DNA of 64,000 nt from an uncultured Rikenellaceae bacterium (GCA_964634565.1 CAZWLP010000002.1:26856-90855), one strand, 5' to 3'; positions 9,349-19,629 are shown, numbered from the stretch's first letter. Numbers and translations: made by a program. Notes: generated by a model from the letters alone, not told the origin.

Positions 9349-10752
9349 ATGAGTGGATTCTTCGGAGCAATTTCAAAAACAGACACAGTAAGTGATATAT
9401 TTTATGGAACAGACTATAATTCTCACCTGGGCACAAAAAGGGCGGGAATGGTATTCTATAATATAAAGGATGGGTTTCAGCGAAAAATACACAATCTTGA
9501 AAATTCTTACTTCAGAAATAAATTTGAAAATGACCTGGCCCAGTTTTCAGGCAATAGCGGCCTTGGGGTAATAAGCGACACAGATCCTCAGCCAATACTA
9601 TTTAACTCTCACCTGGGGCGATTTGCTGTAGCCACAGTAAGCAGAATAGTGAATCTTGATAGCCTGGAGAAGTATTTTCTTTCTAAAAAGAAACATTTCA
9701 CCGAAAATTTTGAAGGTAATGTAAACCCCACCGAGGTTGTTGCTAACCTTATATGTGAAGAAGAAGACTTTGCATCAGGTATAGAAAATGTATTCAGTAA
9801 AATACAGGGATCTTGTACAATTGCCATACTAACGGAAGACAGAATTATTATTGGCCGCGACAAACTTGGCAGGACACCGGTTATTGTAGGCAGAAAAGAG
9901 GGCGCTCTGGCTGTTGCATCTGAAACATGTGCATTTCCAAATACCGGATTTGAGATTGATTATTATCCCGGTCCGGGAGAAATAGTGGAAATTACAGAAA
10001 GCGGCTATAGCACCATCAGAAAGGCAAATAATAAGATGCAGGTCTGTGCTTTCTTGTGGGTTTATTATGGTTATCCCCCTTCATATTATGAGGGTATTAA
10101 TGTGGATGAATGCAGGTATCGCTGTGGAGCTGCGCTTGCAAGAAGAGATAAGGTAGAGGTTGACTTTGTTTGTGGCGTTCCGGATTCCGGAGTGGGACAC
10201 GCCATAGGATATGGAAATGAAAAGGGCATTCCATATAAAAGGGCTTACTCAAAATATACACCGACCTGGCCCAGAAGCTTTATGCCTCAAAATCAGGAAA
10301 TGAGAAATCTTGTTGCCAGGATGAAGCTAATACCCAATAAGGCTCTTATAAAAGGTAAGAAAATGGTGTTTTGTGACGATTCGATAGTAAGGGGTACACA
10401 GCTTAAGGATAACACCATTGATCTTAGAAATGCCGGGGCAGAAGAGGTCCATATGAGAATAGCATGTCCACCCCTTACCTTTCCGTGTAATTATTTAAAT
10501 TTTTCGCAATCAAGGTCAACTCTTGAACTGGCAACCCGTAAGGCAATTAACCAGCTGGAGGGGGGTGAAGTACATATTGAAGAATATGCCGATGCAAACT
10601 CAGACCGATACCGGGTAATGGTTGATAAAATTGCCGAAAACCTGGGCATCGATTCTTTAATATACCAGAATCTTGACGACCTTATTGAGGCCATCGGCCT
10701 TCCAAAGGAAAAGCTCTGTACCCATTGTTGGGACGGCAGCAGCTATTATTAG
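9349..10752 (+). CDS. Amidophosphoribosyltransferase-like protein (PurF family paralogue lacking the N-terminal catalytic Cys)
   Basis: 467 aa. PRPP-binding loop KKMVFCDDSIVRGTQL. Cys contexts CPPLTFPCNY and CTHCWDG resemble the PurF Fe-S ligands. The N-terminus is MSGFFGA rather than MCG. Confidence 0.75.
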   Translation: MSGFFGAISKTDTVSDIFYGTDYNSHLGTKRAGMVFYNIKDGFQRKIHNLENSYFRNKFENDLAQFSGNSGLGVISDTDPQPILFNSHLGRFAVATVSRIVNLDSLEKYFLSKKKHFTENFEGNVNPTEVVANLICEEEDFASGIENVFSKIQGSCTIAILTEDRIIIGRDKLGRTPVIVGRKEGALAVASETCAFPNTGFEIDYYPGPGEIVEITESGYSTIRKANNKMQVCAFLWVYYGYPPSYYEGINVDECRYRCGAALARRDKVEVDFVCGVPDSGVGHAIGYGNEKGIPYKRAYSKYTPTWPRSFMPQNQEMRNLVARMKLIPNKALIKGKKMVFCDDSIVRGTQLKDNTIDLRNAGAEEVHMRIACPPLTFPCNYLNFSQSRSTLELATRKAINQLEGGEVHIEEYADANSDRYRVMVDKIAENLGIDSLIYQNLDDLIEAIGLPKEKLCTHCWDGSSYY

Positions 10753-10761
10753 ATTTATTTT

Positions 10762-11169
10762 CTATATGCTCAGGGCTGAAAATACCTCCGTGGGTATTAC
10801 GGGCCTGCCCTTATAAGTACAGGCACCTGTAATCTTTGCAGTCATAATAAGAGCATTGTCGGCCAGACGGTAAATATCCTGCTCAAAAACCACCTGTATA
10901 TTGCCCTCTTTTATAATATTTGATTTAATAATAAAGCTGTCGCCACTTCTTAGTGCAGCCCTGTACCTTAATTCAGCTCTCGTTACGATAAGATCCTTGC
11001 CTTCTTTGTGAAGGGCTTCAAAATCAATATTTTTTGACAGAAGAAACTTATGTCGGGCGTGCTCAAGGTAGTGCATATAGTTTGCATTGTTTACCACCCC
11101 CTGCAGGTCAACCTCATAATCTCTTACTTCAAATTCAGTTGAGTGCTGATATGTTTTGTCTTTTTTCAT
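10762..11169 (-). CDS. Acyl-CoA thioesterase, 4HBT/YbgC-like hotdog fold
   Basis: 135 aa. FEVRDYEVDLQGVVNNANYMHYLEHAR is the typical YbgC/FadM N-terminal motif with catalytic Asp. Confidence 0.8.
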   Translation of the reverse strand: MKKDKTYQHSTEFEVRDYEVDLQGVVNNANYMHYLEHARHKFLLSKNIDFEALHKEGKDLIVTRAELRYRAALRSGDSFIIKSNIIKEGNIQVVFEQDIYRLADNALIMTAKITGACTYKGRPVIPTEVFSALSI

Positions 11170-13559
11170 CTGTCTGAACTTCTTGTTAATATAAGTCTGA
11201 TCTTTTTATATGGTTCTGGATTTGCAGATAACCACACCTCGGGATCCAGGTTCATGTCTTCGTCGCTATAGCCAATTACATAAACTTCTATTTCCTTTCC
11301 AATATATGTGCTATCAAGAGGGAAGTAATAAGTGTAATTTGAATCGCTGACTGCATTTATATATTCCCAGGTATTTGATGGATAGGAGAGAGCCCTGTCG
11401 GGAGCACCAATATATTTATCTTCTACCTTAAGTGCAGCATAGGCTCCTTCAACACCATGGTATCCGTTAATGGCTACAGAGAGATAGCTTCCCTCGGCAA
11501 TCTCACTTAAACTAAAGCTCGTGCCCCAGGCTTCTGATGCTTCTTTTTTATCAGGATGAGCAAACAGGTTGCTGGCGCTAAAGCCCTCATGATCAACCTG
11601 TATACCGTTTTTGTAAACAAGTATTTCTATTAGCCTGTCGGCATATTCTTTAAACCTGAGGTATCTGAGGGGTTCATTAATTGAGATAGTCATTCTTTTG
11701 CCTGCCAGGTAAGTAAGAGTTTTCCAGTTAAGAAGATCGCCGGACACCTCAACATAATTACCCTCATCTTTTAACAGTGGCTGCAGGGAATATTCGTCGG
11801 GAGCTATCAAAACCACACTATCAACGTCAATTACCCGGCCCAGATCAAGTCTGAAACAACCACCCTCAATGCGCTGGTCTCGTTTATACTTTCTGGAAGG
11901 AAAAAACCCTGTTTCCGGATTTCCGTCAAACAGGTTTTTATCCCATATGCCCCGTCGGGTAAAAGTAGTTTGCATAAAAAATGCATCTCTTGCATCCTGT
12001 ACTTCTTTAATTTTTGTTGGACCGGATCGATTAAGAGACCTCACTTCAAGTGCATTATTATCGGCAGCAAAGACAGTTGCCTCATATAATGCCTCTGCAT
12101 CATCCGGAATATTAATTTTATCCATCAGGGCAATATGCCTGTTAAATGGCAGTGTCAATTCCTGTCCGGGAAAGTCTATTTTTACCACCCTTCCCCTTGT
12201 AAGCGGTATTGATTCTTTTCCGCCAAGCATAGCCATGCTATAATTATCAGATTCTTCCAGTTGAATATATGAACTTGTTCCGGGCATGCCCAGAACATCA
12301 ATTTCAATATTCTGATCATCAATATTTTTTATTATATGATAGTCTGAACCAATAATGCCGGGCTCATCAAATTTTTCACTGCTAACAATAAGTAAGAATG
12401 ATCTGAAAGGGGGAACAACAACATCAATAGTCTCGCCTGCCGGAAATATCCCAAGCACTTTTTCCACAGGGTGAAACTGTCTTACATAATACTGGTATGT
12501 ATCATCCAGTCCTATTTCTTTCCCTGGCCTAATAGTATATAATTTATCCTCCCAGCTTAAATTACGAAGAGTAATAATACGGGTGTCCTTATCGCCCCTG
12601 CTAATGGCATGGGGGCCATATTCAGATGGCAACATCATGCCTCCGGTAAGTATATCACGATATTTCCTGTGAAAATTATATATGCGGGCAAGACGAGGAA
12701 ATTCATCGTCTCTCATTAGCCAGGGATTACCATAAATTTGAGGTGAGAGTATAAGCCCTCTGTTAAAAGCCTGCAGAACCAGGTCATCGTCCCAATAATC
12801 AATACAGGAAGAGATACATACCCCATGATCTTCTGTAAGTCTCATTAAATCGGGTACCAGTCCCCGGGAAATTGCTTCAGCACGGTGATGGGGTGCCGTA
12901 AGCCTGTTATTCATAAATACATCAATATATGTCTCTGCCCCTTCCCATAAAAACGTTGTAGCATATGGCTTTGCCCTGTCAAGGCCCAGTCTGTGATTTA
13001 AAAGAATAAGATCCGGGCTATACGACCTGGCCCGGGTCATCATTTCGATAAAATAATCTTCTTTTTCCGGCCTTAAGGGTCCACATACAGCATCAAATTT
13101 AAAGAGAGCAAATTCATAATCACGACAGAGCATAACCATTTGATCTATCCTGGCCCTTGCCTCATCTTCGGTGTCGCCAAAGCCATCAGGGCCACCCCAT
13201 ACTCCTAGTCTTATACCGAGTTCTTTTGCCCGCTTATATATAGGATCAAAGCCATTCGGAAATTGCTTTTTAAACCTTTCGGAATAGATACTTCCATAAA
13301 ATCTTTTACCATCTATGGCACCTGCGTCAAAAGCATAAATATCCAGCTGCATGCCATATTCCTTTTTTAACCAGCCAAAGAAATCAAGATTAATAAGAGC
13401 CTGTTGCTCACTTGCTCCTTCGTTGGTGTTGTTGATCCACGAAAAATATTGAGCCTTCGAAGGAGTGCCTTCGTCTGCTCCGGCATTAATAAATTCCTCC
13501 TGTCCGGATAAACCCGGCGACAGCATAACGATTAGTACAGATATAATTAATTTGTTCAT
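11166..13559 (-). CDS. Secreted hypothetical protein: TIM-barrel glycosidase-like N-region plus discoidin-like C-region
   Basis: 797 aa with signal peptide MNKLIISVLIVMLSPGLSGQ. The LDIYAFDAGAIDG...EFALFKFDAVCG blocks resemble clan GH-D-type barrels. C-terminal GGCFRLDLGRVIDVDSVVL resembles an F5/8 type C domain. Function uncertain. Confidence 0.45.
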   Translation of the reverse strand: MNKLIISVLIVMLSPGLSGQEEFINAGADEGTPSKAQYFSWINNTNEGASEQQALINLDFFGWLKKEYGMQLDIYAFDAGAIDGKRFYGSIYSERFKKQFPNGFDPIYKRAKELGIRLGVWGGPDGFGDTEDEARARIDQMVMLCRDYEFALFKFDAVCGPLRPEKEDYFIEMMTRARSYSPDLILLNHRLGLDRAKPYATTFLWEGAETYIDVFMNNRLTAPHHRAEAISRGLVPDLMRLTEDHGVCISSCIDYWDDDLVLQAFNRGLILSPQIYGNPWLMRDDEFPRLARIYNFHRKYRDILTGGMMLPSEYGPHAISRGDKDTRIITLRNLSWEDKLYTIRPGKEIGLDDTYQYYVRQFHPVEKVLGIFPAGETIDVVVPPFRSFLLIVSSEKFDEPGIIGSDYHIIKNIDDQNIEIDVLGMPGTSSYIQLEESDNYSMAMLGGKESIPLTRGRVVKIDFPGQELTLPFNRHIALMDKINIPDDAEALYEATVFAADNNALEVRSLNRSGPTKIKEVQDARDAFFMQTTFTRRGIWDKNLFDGNPETGFFPSRKYKRDQRIEGGCFRLDLGRVIDVDSVVLIAPDEYSLQPLLKDEGNYVEVSGDLLNWKTLTYLAGKRMTISINEPLRYLRFKEYADRLIEILVYKNGIQVDHEGFSASNLFAHPDKKEASEAWGTSFSLSEIAEGSYLSVAINGYHGVEGAYAALKVEDKYIGAPDRALSYPSNTWEYINAVSDSNYTYYFPLDSTYIGKEIEVYVIGYSDEDMNLDPEVWLSANPEPYKKIRLILTRSSDR

Positions 13560-13698
13560 ATTGCTGACAAATATATAAAAATGAGTGTTTAAGAACAGGA
13601 TAATATTAAATGATTACCGCGATAGGTTCGTATAGATAGTCTAAATAGTATATATTTGAAATAGAAGGGGAAGATTCACATTTAAAATAATTATTATA

Positions 13699-13986
13699 AT
13701 GCAGTTTATACTTAGCGGATATGACGGTAACGATAGCGAAGCCGTTAACAGGAGAATGATGGCCAGGGAGCAACATCTTCAAAATGCGCTTAAATTAAAA
13801 GAAAAGGGTAACTTTATTTGGGGAGGTGCACTGCTCGATTCTAATGGAATAATGAAAGGCTCTGTTGTGGTATATGAGTATGAAACCAGGGATGATCTTG
13901 ATAAGATGCTTAAAACAGAGCCCTATGTTACCGGCGGCGTATGGAAACGTATAGAAATAGAAAAATTTAAACTGGCAGATATATAA
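13699..13986 (+). CDS. YciI family protein
   Basis: 95 aa. ...REQHLQNALKLKEKGNFIWGGALLD...EPYVTGGVW... matches the YciI-like fold pattern. Confidence 0.7.
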   Translation: MQFILSGYDGNDSEAVNRRMMAREQHLQNALKLKEKGNFIWGGALLDSNGIMKGSVVVYEYETRDDLDKMLKTEPYVTGGVWKRIEIEKFKLADI

Positions 13987-14054
13987 AAACTAATATAGTC
14001 AGGCCAGCATAAAGAGAGACGATATTCTAATAAAAAACATTCAAAAATCCAGGT

Positions 14055-16862
14055 ATGAGAAAAGAACTATTTATTTTATTTGTAACAGCAGCTGTTTTGT
14101 TTGTTTCGTGTAATGCGGATCAGAAAAACGGAGAACTAAAGATAGAGTACGAAAAGTATCTTCTTGATAATGGCTTAAATGTTATTTTGCACAAGGATGC
14201 ATCCGATCCAATTGTTGCCGTTGCAATACAGTATCATGTTGGCTCAAGCAGAGAGGAAGTAGGCAAAACCGGCTTTGCACACCTTTTTGAGCATATGATG
14301 TTTCAGGAATCTGAAAATGTCGGACAGGATCAGTTTTTTAAACTTATCCAGGGGTCTGGTGGAACCTTAAACGGAGGAACCAGTAACGACGGTACTATAT
14401 ATTATGAAGTAGTACCAAAGAATGCTCTTGAAATGGTTCTGTGGCTTGAGTCTGACAGGATGGGCTATCTTGAAAACACAGTTACGGCTTCTGCTTTTGC
14501 AAATCAGCAAAATGTTGTTCAGAATGAGAAAAGACAAAATTACGACAACAGGCCATATGGTCATACCGGTGGTGTAATCGACAGTCATTTGTTTCCAGAA
14601 GGGCACCCATATTCATGGCAGGTTATCGGAAAAATGGAAGACCTGTTTAATGCAACTATCGACGATGTAAAAGAATTTCACGGCAGGTATTATGTGCCAA
14701 ATAATGCAACCCTTACTCTTGCCGGGGATTTTGATACCGATGAGGCAAAGGCGTTGATAGAAAAATATTTTGGTGAAATACCTGGCGGCGAGACCGTAGT
14801 AGATATGGAACCAATGCCGGTGAGCCTAGAAAAAACCGTAAAATTATACCATGAAGATAATTTTGCCCGCACAGCTGCACTTACAATGGTCTGGCCAACG
14901 CCGGAACAATATAACCCTGATGCATATGCGCTTAATTTTCTTGGCCAGATATTGAGCCAGGGCAAAAAAGCACCGCTTTACAGGGTTCTGGTAAAAGATA
15001 AAAAGCTTACCTCAAGTGCAAGAGCATCTAACAGACCCTCAGAGCTGGCAGGAAAGTTTACCGTATCTGTTAATGCCTTTCCGGGAGTATCTCTCTCTGA
15101 AGTTGAAAAGGCAATTGAGGAAGCGTTCGCATTATTCGAGGAAGAGGGAATTAGTGAAACAGATCTTGAAAGGATTAAGGCCGGACAGGAAACCTCGTTC
15201 TACAATGGTATTAGTTCAGTTCTCGGCAAGTCTTTCCAGCTGGCACGGTACAACGAATTTGCCGGAGACCCGGGATTTGTTACAACAGACCTGGCAAACA
15301 GACAGGCTGTAACTATTGAAGATATTATCAGGGTATACGAAAAGTATATTAAAGGTATGCCCTTTGTCAGTACAAGTTTTGTTCCTAAAGGATCATTAAG
15401 CCTTGTAGCCGAAGGATCCGTTGACGCCGGCATAGTTGAAGAAAATGTCCTTGAGGCAACAGAGGTCGACCAATCACTTTTCGGTAAAGACGAAGAAATC
15501 GCAAAAACAGAAACATCCTTTGATCGTTCAGTACAACCCGAAATAGGACCCAACCCGGAAGTAACATTGCCGGAAATATGGACGACAGAATTAGATAATG
15601 GAATAGGAATATGGGGAATTAAACAATCTGAGGTGCCCCTGGTTCAATATTCTCTTGTTATCGATGGCGGACATATGCTTGAAGATATTGATAAGTCAGG
15701 TACAGCAAGCCTGATGGCTCAGTTAATGAACGAGGGAACAGCAAATAAAACACCCGAAGAACTCGAAGAGGAAATACAGCTTCTGGGATCAAGTATAAGT
15801 ATACGAGGAGGAAGCGAGTCAATAAGTATCTCGGTAAATACTCTTGCAAGAAACTTTGAAAAAACAGTAGAGCTTGTCAGGGAAATGTTGATGGAGCCCC
15901 GTTGGGATGAAGAAGAATTCGGACTTATAAAAGACAGAACAATAAATAGTTTTACAAGGAATAAAGCAAACCCGGGCTATATGGCAGCCATAACACTCGA
16001 TAAGCTTATGTACGGCGAAGATAATATTCTTGCCGTGCCCTCCGGGGGAACAGAAGAAACAGTAAGCGGACTTAAGATGGAAGATCTGAAGGACTATTAT
16101 CAGAAATATATTATTCCATCGGCAGCCAGGCTTATTGTGGCTGGCGATATTGATAAGGACCGTGTACTTGCAGCTTTTGCCGGCATTGAGGCTGAATGGG
16201 AGCCCGGAGATATTGAGTCGCCCGAGATTTTTATCCCTGAAAATCCGGCAAAATCTAAAATATATTTTATTGATTTCCCCGGGGCAAAACAATCAGTTAT
16301 ACAGATAGGCAATATTGCTGTACCAAGATCAGATCCGGATTATTATCCCGCGACAGTTGTAAATTATAAACTGGGAGGATCATTCAATGGTGTAGTAAAT
16401 CTGATCTTAAGGGAAGAAAAAGGATTTACATATGGCGCAAGAACGGGATTTTCGGGAGGTAAATATTCAGGGGAGTTCTCTGCCAGCTCAAGTGTAAGAA
16501 CAACAGCAACCCTTGAATCGGTGCAGATCTTTAAAGAAGAGATGGAGAAATACAGGGAGGGAATAAGTATTGAAGATCTTAATTTTACCAGGGATGCATT
16601 GTTAAAATCTAATGCACGCGGATTTGAGACCCTCGGCTCACTTCTGGGCATGCTTAATAATATCAGTTCTTATAATTTGCCCTTTGACTATATAAAACAA
16701 GAGGAGAAGTTTGTTAAGAACTTAAGCATTGAGCAGCATAATGAGCTTGTCAGAAAATTAATAGATCCATCAAGGATGTATTATGTTATTGCAGGTGATG
16801 CTGAAACGCAGATGGAGGGACTTAAAAAAGTTGGATTTGGAGACCCTGTATTGATAAAATAG
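14055..16862 (+). CDS. M16 family zinc metallopeptidase (pitrilysin-like, tandem M16 units), lipoprotein
   Basis: 935 aa. Lipobox LFVSC. Inverted zincin motif HLFEHMMF (HxxEH) followed by ...E.DRMG. The second half repeats the M16 fold. Confidence 0.9.
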   Translation: MRKELFILFVTAAVLFVSCNADQKNGELKIEYEKYLLDNGLNVILHKDASDPIVAVAIQYHVGSSREEVGKTGFAHLFEHMMFQESENVGQDQFFKLIQGSGGTLNGGTSNDGTIYYEVVPKNALEMVLWLESDRMGYLENTVTASAFANQQNVVQNEKRQNYDNRPYGHTGGVIDSHLFPEGHPYSWQVIGKMEDLFNATIDDVKEFHGRYYVPNNATLTLAGDFDTDEAKALIEKYFGEIPGGETVVDMEPMPVSLEKTVKLYHEDNFARTAALTMVWPTPEQYNPDAYALNFLGQILSQGKKAPLYRVLVKDKKLTSSARASNRPSELAGKFTVSVNAFPGVSLSEVEKAIEEAFALFEEEGISETDLERIKAGQETSFYNGISSVLGKSFQLARYNEFAGDPGFVTTDLANRQAVTIEDIIRVYEKYIKGMPFVSTSFVPKGSLSLVAEGSVDAGIVEENVLEATEVDQSLFGKDEEIAKTETSFDRSVQPEIGPNPEVTLPEIWTTELDNGIGIWGIKQSEVPLVQYSLVIDGGHMLEDIDKSGTASLMAQLMNEGTANKTPEELEEEIQLLGSSISIRGGSESISISVNTLARNFEKTVELVREMLMEPRWDEEEFGLIKDRTINSFTRNKANPGYMAAITLDKLMYGEDNILAVPSGGTEETVSGLKMEDLKDYYQKYIIPSAARLIVAGDIDKDRVLAAFAGIEAEWEPGDIESPEIFIPENPAKSKIYFIDFPGAKQSVIQIGNIAVPRSDPDYYPATVVNYKLGGSFNGVVNLILREEKGFTYGARTGFSGGKYSGEFSASSSVRTTATLESVQIFKEEMEKYREGISIEDLNFTRDALLKSNARGFETLGSLLGMLNNISSYNLPFDYIKQEEKFVKNLSIEQHNELVRKLIDPSRMYYVIAGDAETQMEGLKKVGFGDPVLIK

Positions 16863-16881
16863 CTAAAGAACCATATATTTA

Positions 16882-16909
16882 AGAGGGTATTTAAGTACCC
16901 TCTTTTTTA
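16882..16909 (+). terminator. Rho-independent terminator after the M16 peptidase gene
   Basis: 8-bp stem agagggta / taccctct (16882..16889 and 16896..16903), 6-nt loop, then a T-run at 16904..16908. Confidence 0.75.
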
Positions 16910-17057
16910 TTAATCAATCAGATTACGCGATACCGAAAAGGCATCTTTTTTTAAAGGCCGGCTTACTGTGTATTGCAACAGGCCCGGGTTTCTTTTCAGG
17001 AGTAATTCACTTTTTCAGTTAATTAATTAAACCGGGAAAGTAAATAGTCTTATCTTT

Positions 17058-17636
17058 TTACGGATAAAGCATTCTGCTAATCCACCTGTCACCATCATAT
17101 AAAAATTCCTGTCTGGTATGAAACCTGTTTTCTCCCTCTTCCCAGAACTCAAACCTGTCGGGTATAAGCCTGAAGCCTCCCCAGCTGGCAGGTCTTTCCG
17201 GAGTGTGATCTTTATAAAATTCGCTGGCCGCGGCCAGCTTTTGCTTAAAGTGGCTAATGTTCTCTATCGGCCTGCTTTGTTCACTTATAATAGCATTTAC
17301 TTTGTGACCGTGGTTTCTTGAATTGAAATAGTTATCCGACTCAGCCCCGCCTGTCTTTTCTACCATGCCTTCAATTCTTATTTGTCGTGCACTATCCGGC
17401 CAGTAGAACAGGAGGGAGGCCCTTGGGTTCTCCCCGAGCTGAGTCCCTTTCGTGCTATTATAATTTGTAAAAAAAACAAATCCCTCGTTATCATAGTGTT
17501 TTAGCAGAATTACCCGCGAAGAAACCCTGCCATTTAGCGATGAGCTTGATAATATAACTGCGTTTGAGTTTTCTTTGCCCGATGAAACAACCGGCAAATA
17601 CCATAGATTAAATAATTCAAAGGGGTCAGTTTTCAT
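17058..17636 (-). CDS. pdxH: Pyridoxamine 5'-phosphate oxidase
   Basis: 192 aa. VSSRVILLKHYDNEGFVFFTNYNSTKG, QIRIEG, and C-terminal RFEFWEEGENRFHTRQEF...W....L.P are typical of PdxH. Confidence 0.92.
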   Translation of the reverse strand: MKTDPFELFNLWYLPVVSSGKENSNAVILSSSSLNGRVSSRVILLKHYDNEGFVFFTNYNSTKGTQLGENPRASLLFYWPDSARQIRIEGMVEKTGGAESDNYFNSRNHGHKVNAIISEQSRPIENISHFKQKLAAASEFYKDHTPERPASWGGFRLIPDRFEFWEEGENRFHTRQEFLYDGDRWISRMLYP

Positions 17637-17720
17637 AATTTATAATATAAGGATGGATCAGATATTTTGCAAACAAATTTTCTTGTTAACTTGTTTAACT
17701 AAAAATAATAAAATTCAGAT

Positions 17721-18302
17721 ATGTCATTTACACTTCAACCAGGCGATAAGGCTCCTATGTTTAATCTGAAAGCCACAGACGGGAAAGAATACTCGTTAAA
17801 TAGCTTTGATAATAGTAAATATCTGGTTGTATTTTTTACCTGTAATCACTGTCCTTATGTAATTGGTTCCGACGAAAATACCAGAGAGCTTGCAAATCAT
17901 TTTGCAAAAGACAGTGTTGAATTTGTAGGAATTAATTCAAACAGCCCAAATACTTATCCAGAAGACGATTTTGATCATATGGTAAAAAGAATGGAAGAAC
18001 ATAGGTTTCCATGGAAATATTTATATGATAGTACGCAGGATGTAGCTAAAAGATACGGAGCCCTGCGAACACCCCATTTTTATCTTTTTAACGAGAAAAG
18101 AGAGCTGGTATATACTGGCAGGGCAGTAGACCATCCAAGGGATGCAGGGAAGTCCGGATCTTTCGATCTTAAAAGGGCCATCAGCGAATTAATATCAGGC
18201 AGCGAGATATCCCTTCCTGTAAGTAACCCCATTGGCTGCAATGTTAAGTGGGATGGCAAAGATGCGCACTGGATGCCGCCAGATGCATGCGACCTGGTAT
18301 AA
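17721..18302 (+). CDS. Thioredoxin-fold (AhpC/TSA-redoxin-like) protein
   Basis: [19 protein letters not shown]...[13 protein letters not shown] has a CxxC in a redoxin context. Length 193 aa. Confidence 0.8.
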   Translation: MSFTLQPGDKAPMFNLKATDGKEYSLNSFDNSKYLVVFFTCNHCPYVIGSDENTRELANHFAKDSVEFVGINSNSPNTYPEDDFDHMVKRMEEHRFPWKYLYDSTQDVAKRYGALRTPHFYLFNEKRELVYTGRAVDHPRDAGKSGSFDLKRAISELISGSEISLPVSNPIGCNVKWDGKDAHWMPPDACDLV

Positions 18303-18336
18303 TGCTAATTGTATATATAATCTAGAAAAACGAATT

Positions 18337-18792
18337 ATGTTTGAAAGAATAGCATACAGGTTAAAATATCGGTATTATATGAGGCGCAGGCTCAGGGGGA
18401 GTCAATCATGGAAATATGCCGAAAATACCAGGAAATTAATTAACAAGACCATTGGAGGTGTTGGTCAGGAGGCCAGAGAGACAGAAGAAATGGCACAGGC
18501 GTTTTTCCGTTTACTGGCAAATAAACTTAATCTGAAAAACAGAAAGGACCCTCCGGGCGAAGAGGAGGTGAAGCAGGCAATTGAGCAGCTGAAAGACGTA
18601 GGACGCCTGTCGATATTTGCTACAATATCAATTATACCAGGAGGGGGCTTCTCTCTTATCGGGCTTGAATTGCTTGCCCGGAAATTCGGTGTTAATACCT
18701 TTACTTTTATTCCCTCTTCTTTCAGAAAACAAAATAAAATAAAAGAAACACCCCTCCCGTCAAAGGAAAAGGCCGATAATAAAATAGTGTAA
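18337..18792 (+). CDS. Hypothetical protein (basic N-terminus, one hydrophobic segment)
   Basis: ATG 18337 is chosen because the track start at 18232 overlaps the preceding CDS. No confident family; the IIPGGGFSLIGLELLARKFG segment is faintly LETM1-like. Confidence 0.5.
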   Translation: MFERIAYRLKYRYYMRRRLRGSQSWKYAENTRKLINKTIGGVGQEARETEEMAQAFFRLLANKLNLKNRKDPPGEEEVKQAIEQLKDVGRLSIFATISIIPGGGFSLIGLELLARKFGVNTFTFIPSSFRKQNKIKETPLPSKEKADNKIV

Positions 18793-18910
18793 AGGCAAAC
18801 GATCAACATGTTACTACCTGTGCTTTATAGTAAATCATGCAGCAATAAATTCTTTGTTCTAAAAAAGAATTATCACTTTTGTTGTCAGAAGAACAGATCA
18901 AAAAAAGGTT

Positions 18911-19615
18911 ATGACAGATATTTTTGATAAAGAAAGCAGAACAAACTGTATTGTATGTAATGAGAAATCGTGTGCAGCCGCTGTTCTTAACATGAGCCAA
19001 TTAGGTATTCTTAACGATAATAGCCGGGAAACTTTTATCCGAAAAGGTGAAACAATTTTAAAGTCCGGCGCACTGACCTCCCATATTGTCTATTTAAAAA
19101 CCGGTTTTGTAAAGGAACACGTAGAAGGACCGGGGCAGAAATCAAAAATTTTGCAGATAATCAAGAAACAATCATATCTCGGACTTCAATCGCTGTTTGG
19201 ATCTAAAATAAATCATTATTCATATACAGCGCTCGAAGACCTGAAGGTCTGTTATATCGATATAAAGATTTTTAAAAATTTCCTGAAAGAAAGAGGTTCC
19301 TTTGCCCTGGAGGTATTAAGCTATGTAAGCAGGGAGAGTCTGCAAAAAGATTTTCACCTGATTAACCAGGGACATAAGAAAATGTATGGCAGGTTTGCAG
19401 ATGTGCTTATTTATCTGTCGGAAGAAATATTTGAGACACGTCAGTTTGATTTTCTTCTTTCACGCCAGGAGCTGGCTGAGCTGGCAGGTATGTCGAGAGA
19501 AAACACGGCAAGGGCCCTTACTCATTTTAAGAATGAGGGAATAATATTAATTGACGGGAAAAATATAGAAATACTAAAAACTGATCTTTTAAAAAAAATC
19601 AGCAGGAACGGGTAG
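18911..19615 (+). CDS. FNR-type Crp/Fnr family regulator (probable Fe-S oxygen/redox sensor)
   Basis: Cys13, Cys16, Cys21 and Cys114. The 21-to-114 spacing of 93 residues equals E. coli FNR Cys29-to-Cys122. C-terminal HTH LSRQELAELAGMSRENTARALTHF. Confidence 0.85.
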   Translation: MTDIFDKESRTNCIVCNEKSCAAAVLNMSQLGILNDNSRETFIRKGETILKSGALTSHIVYLKTGFVKEHVEGPGQKSKILQIIKKQSYLGLQSLFGSKINHYSYTALEDLKVCYIDIKIFKNFLKERGSFALEVLSYVSRESLQKDFHLINQGHKKMYGRFADVLIYLSEEIFETRQFDFLLSRQELAELAGMSRENTARALTHFKNEGIILIDGKNIEILKTDLLKKISRNG

Positions 19616-19629
19616 ACTTTTATTAACAT

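Noticed and set aside
15819-16292. 157-aa minus-strand ORF inside the M16 peptidase gene, and 159-aa ORF at 21416..21895 inside the acyl-CoA ligase gene
   Set aside because: These are antisense shadow ORFs within strongly supported CDSs, with no motifs.
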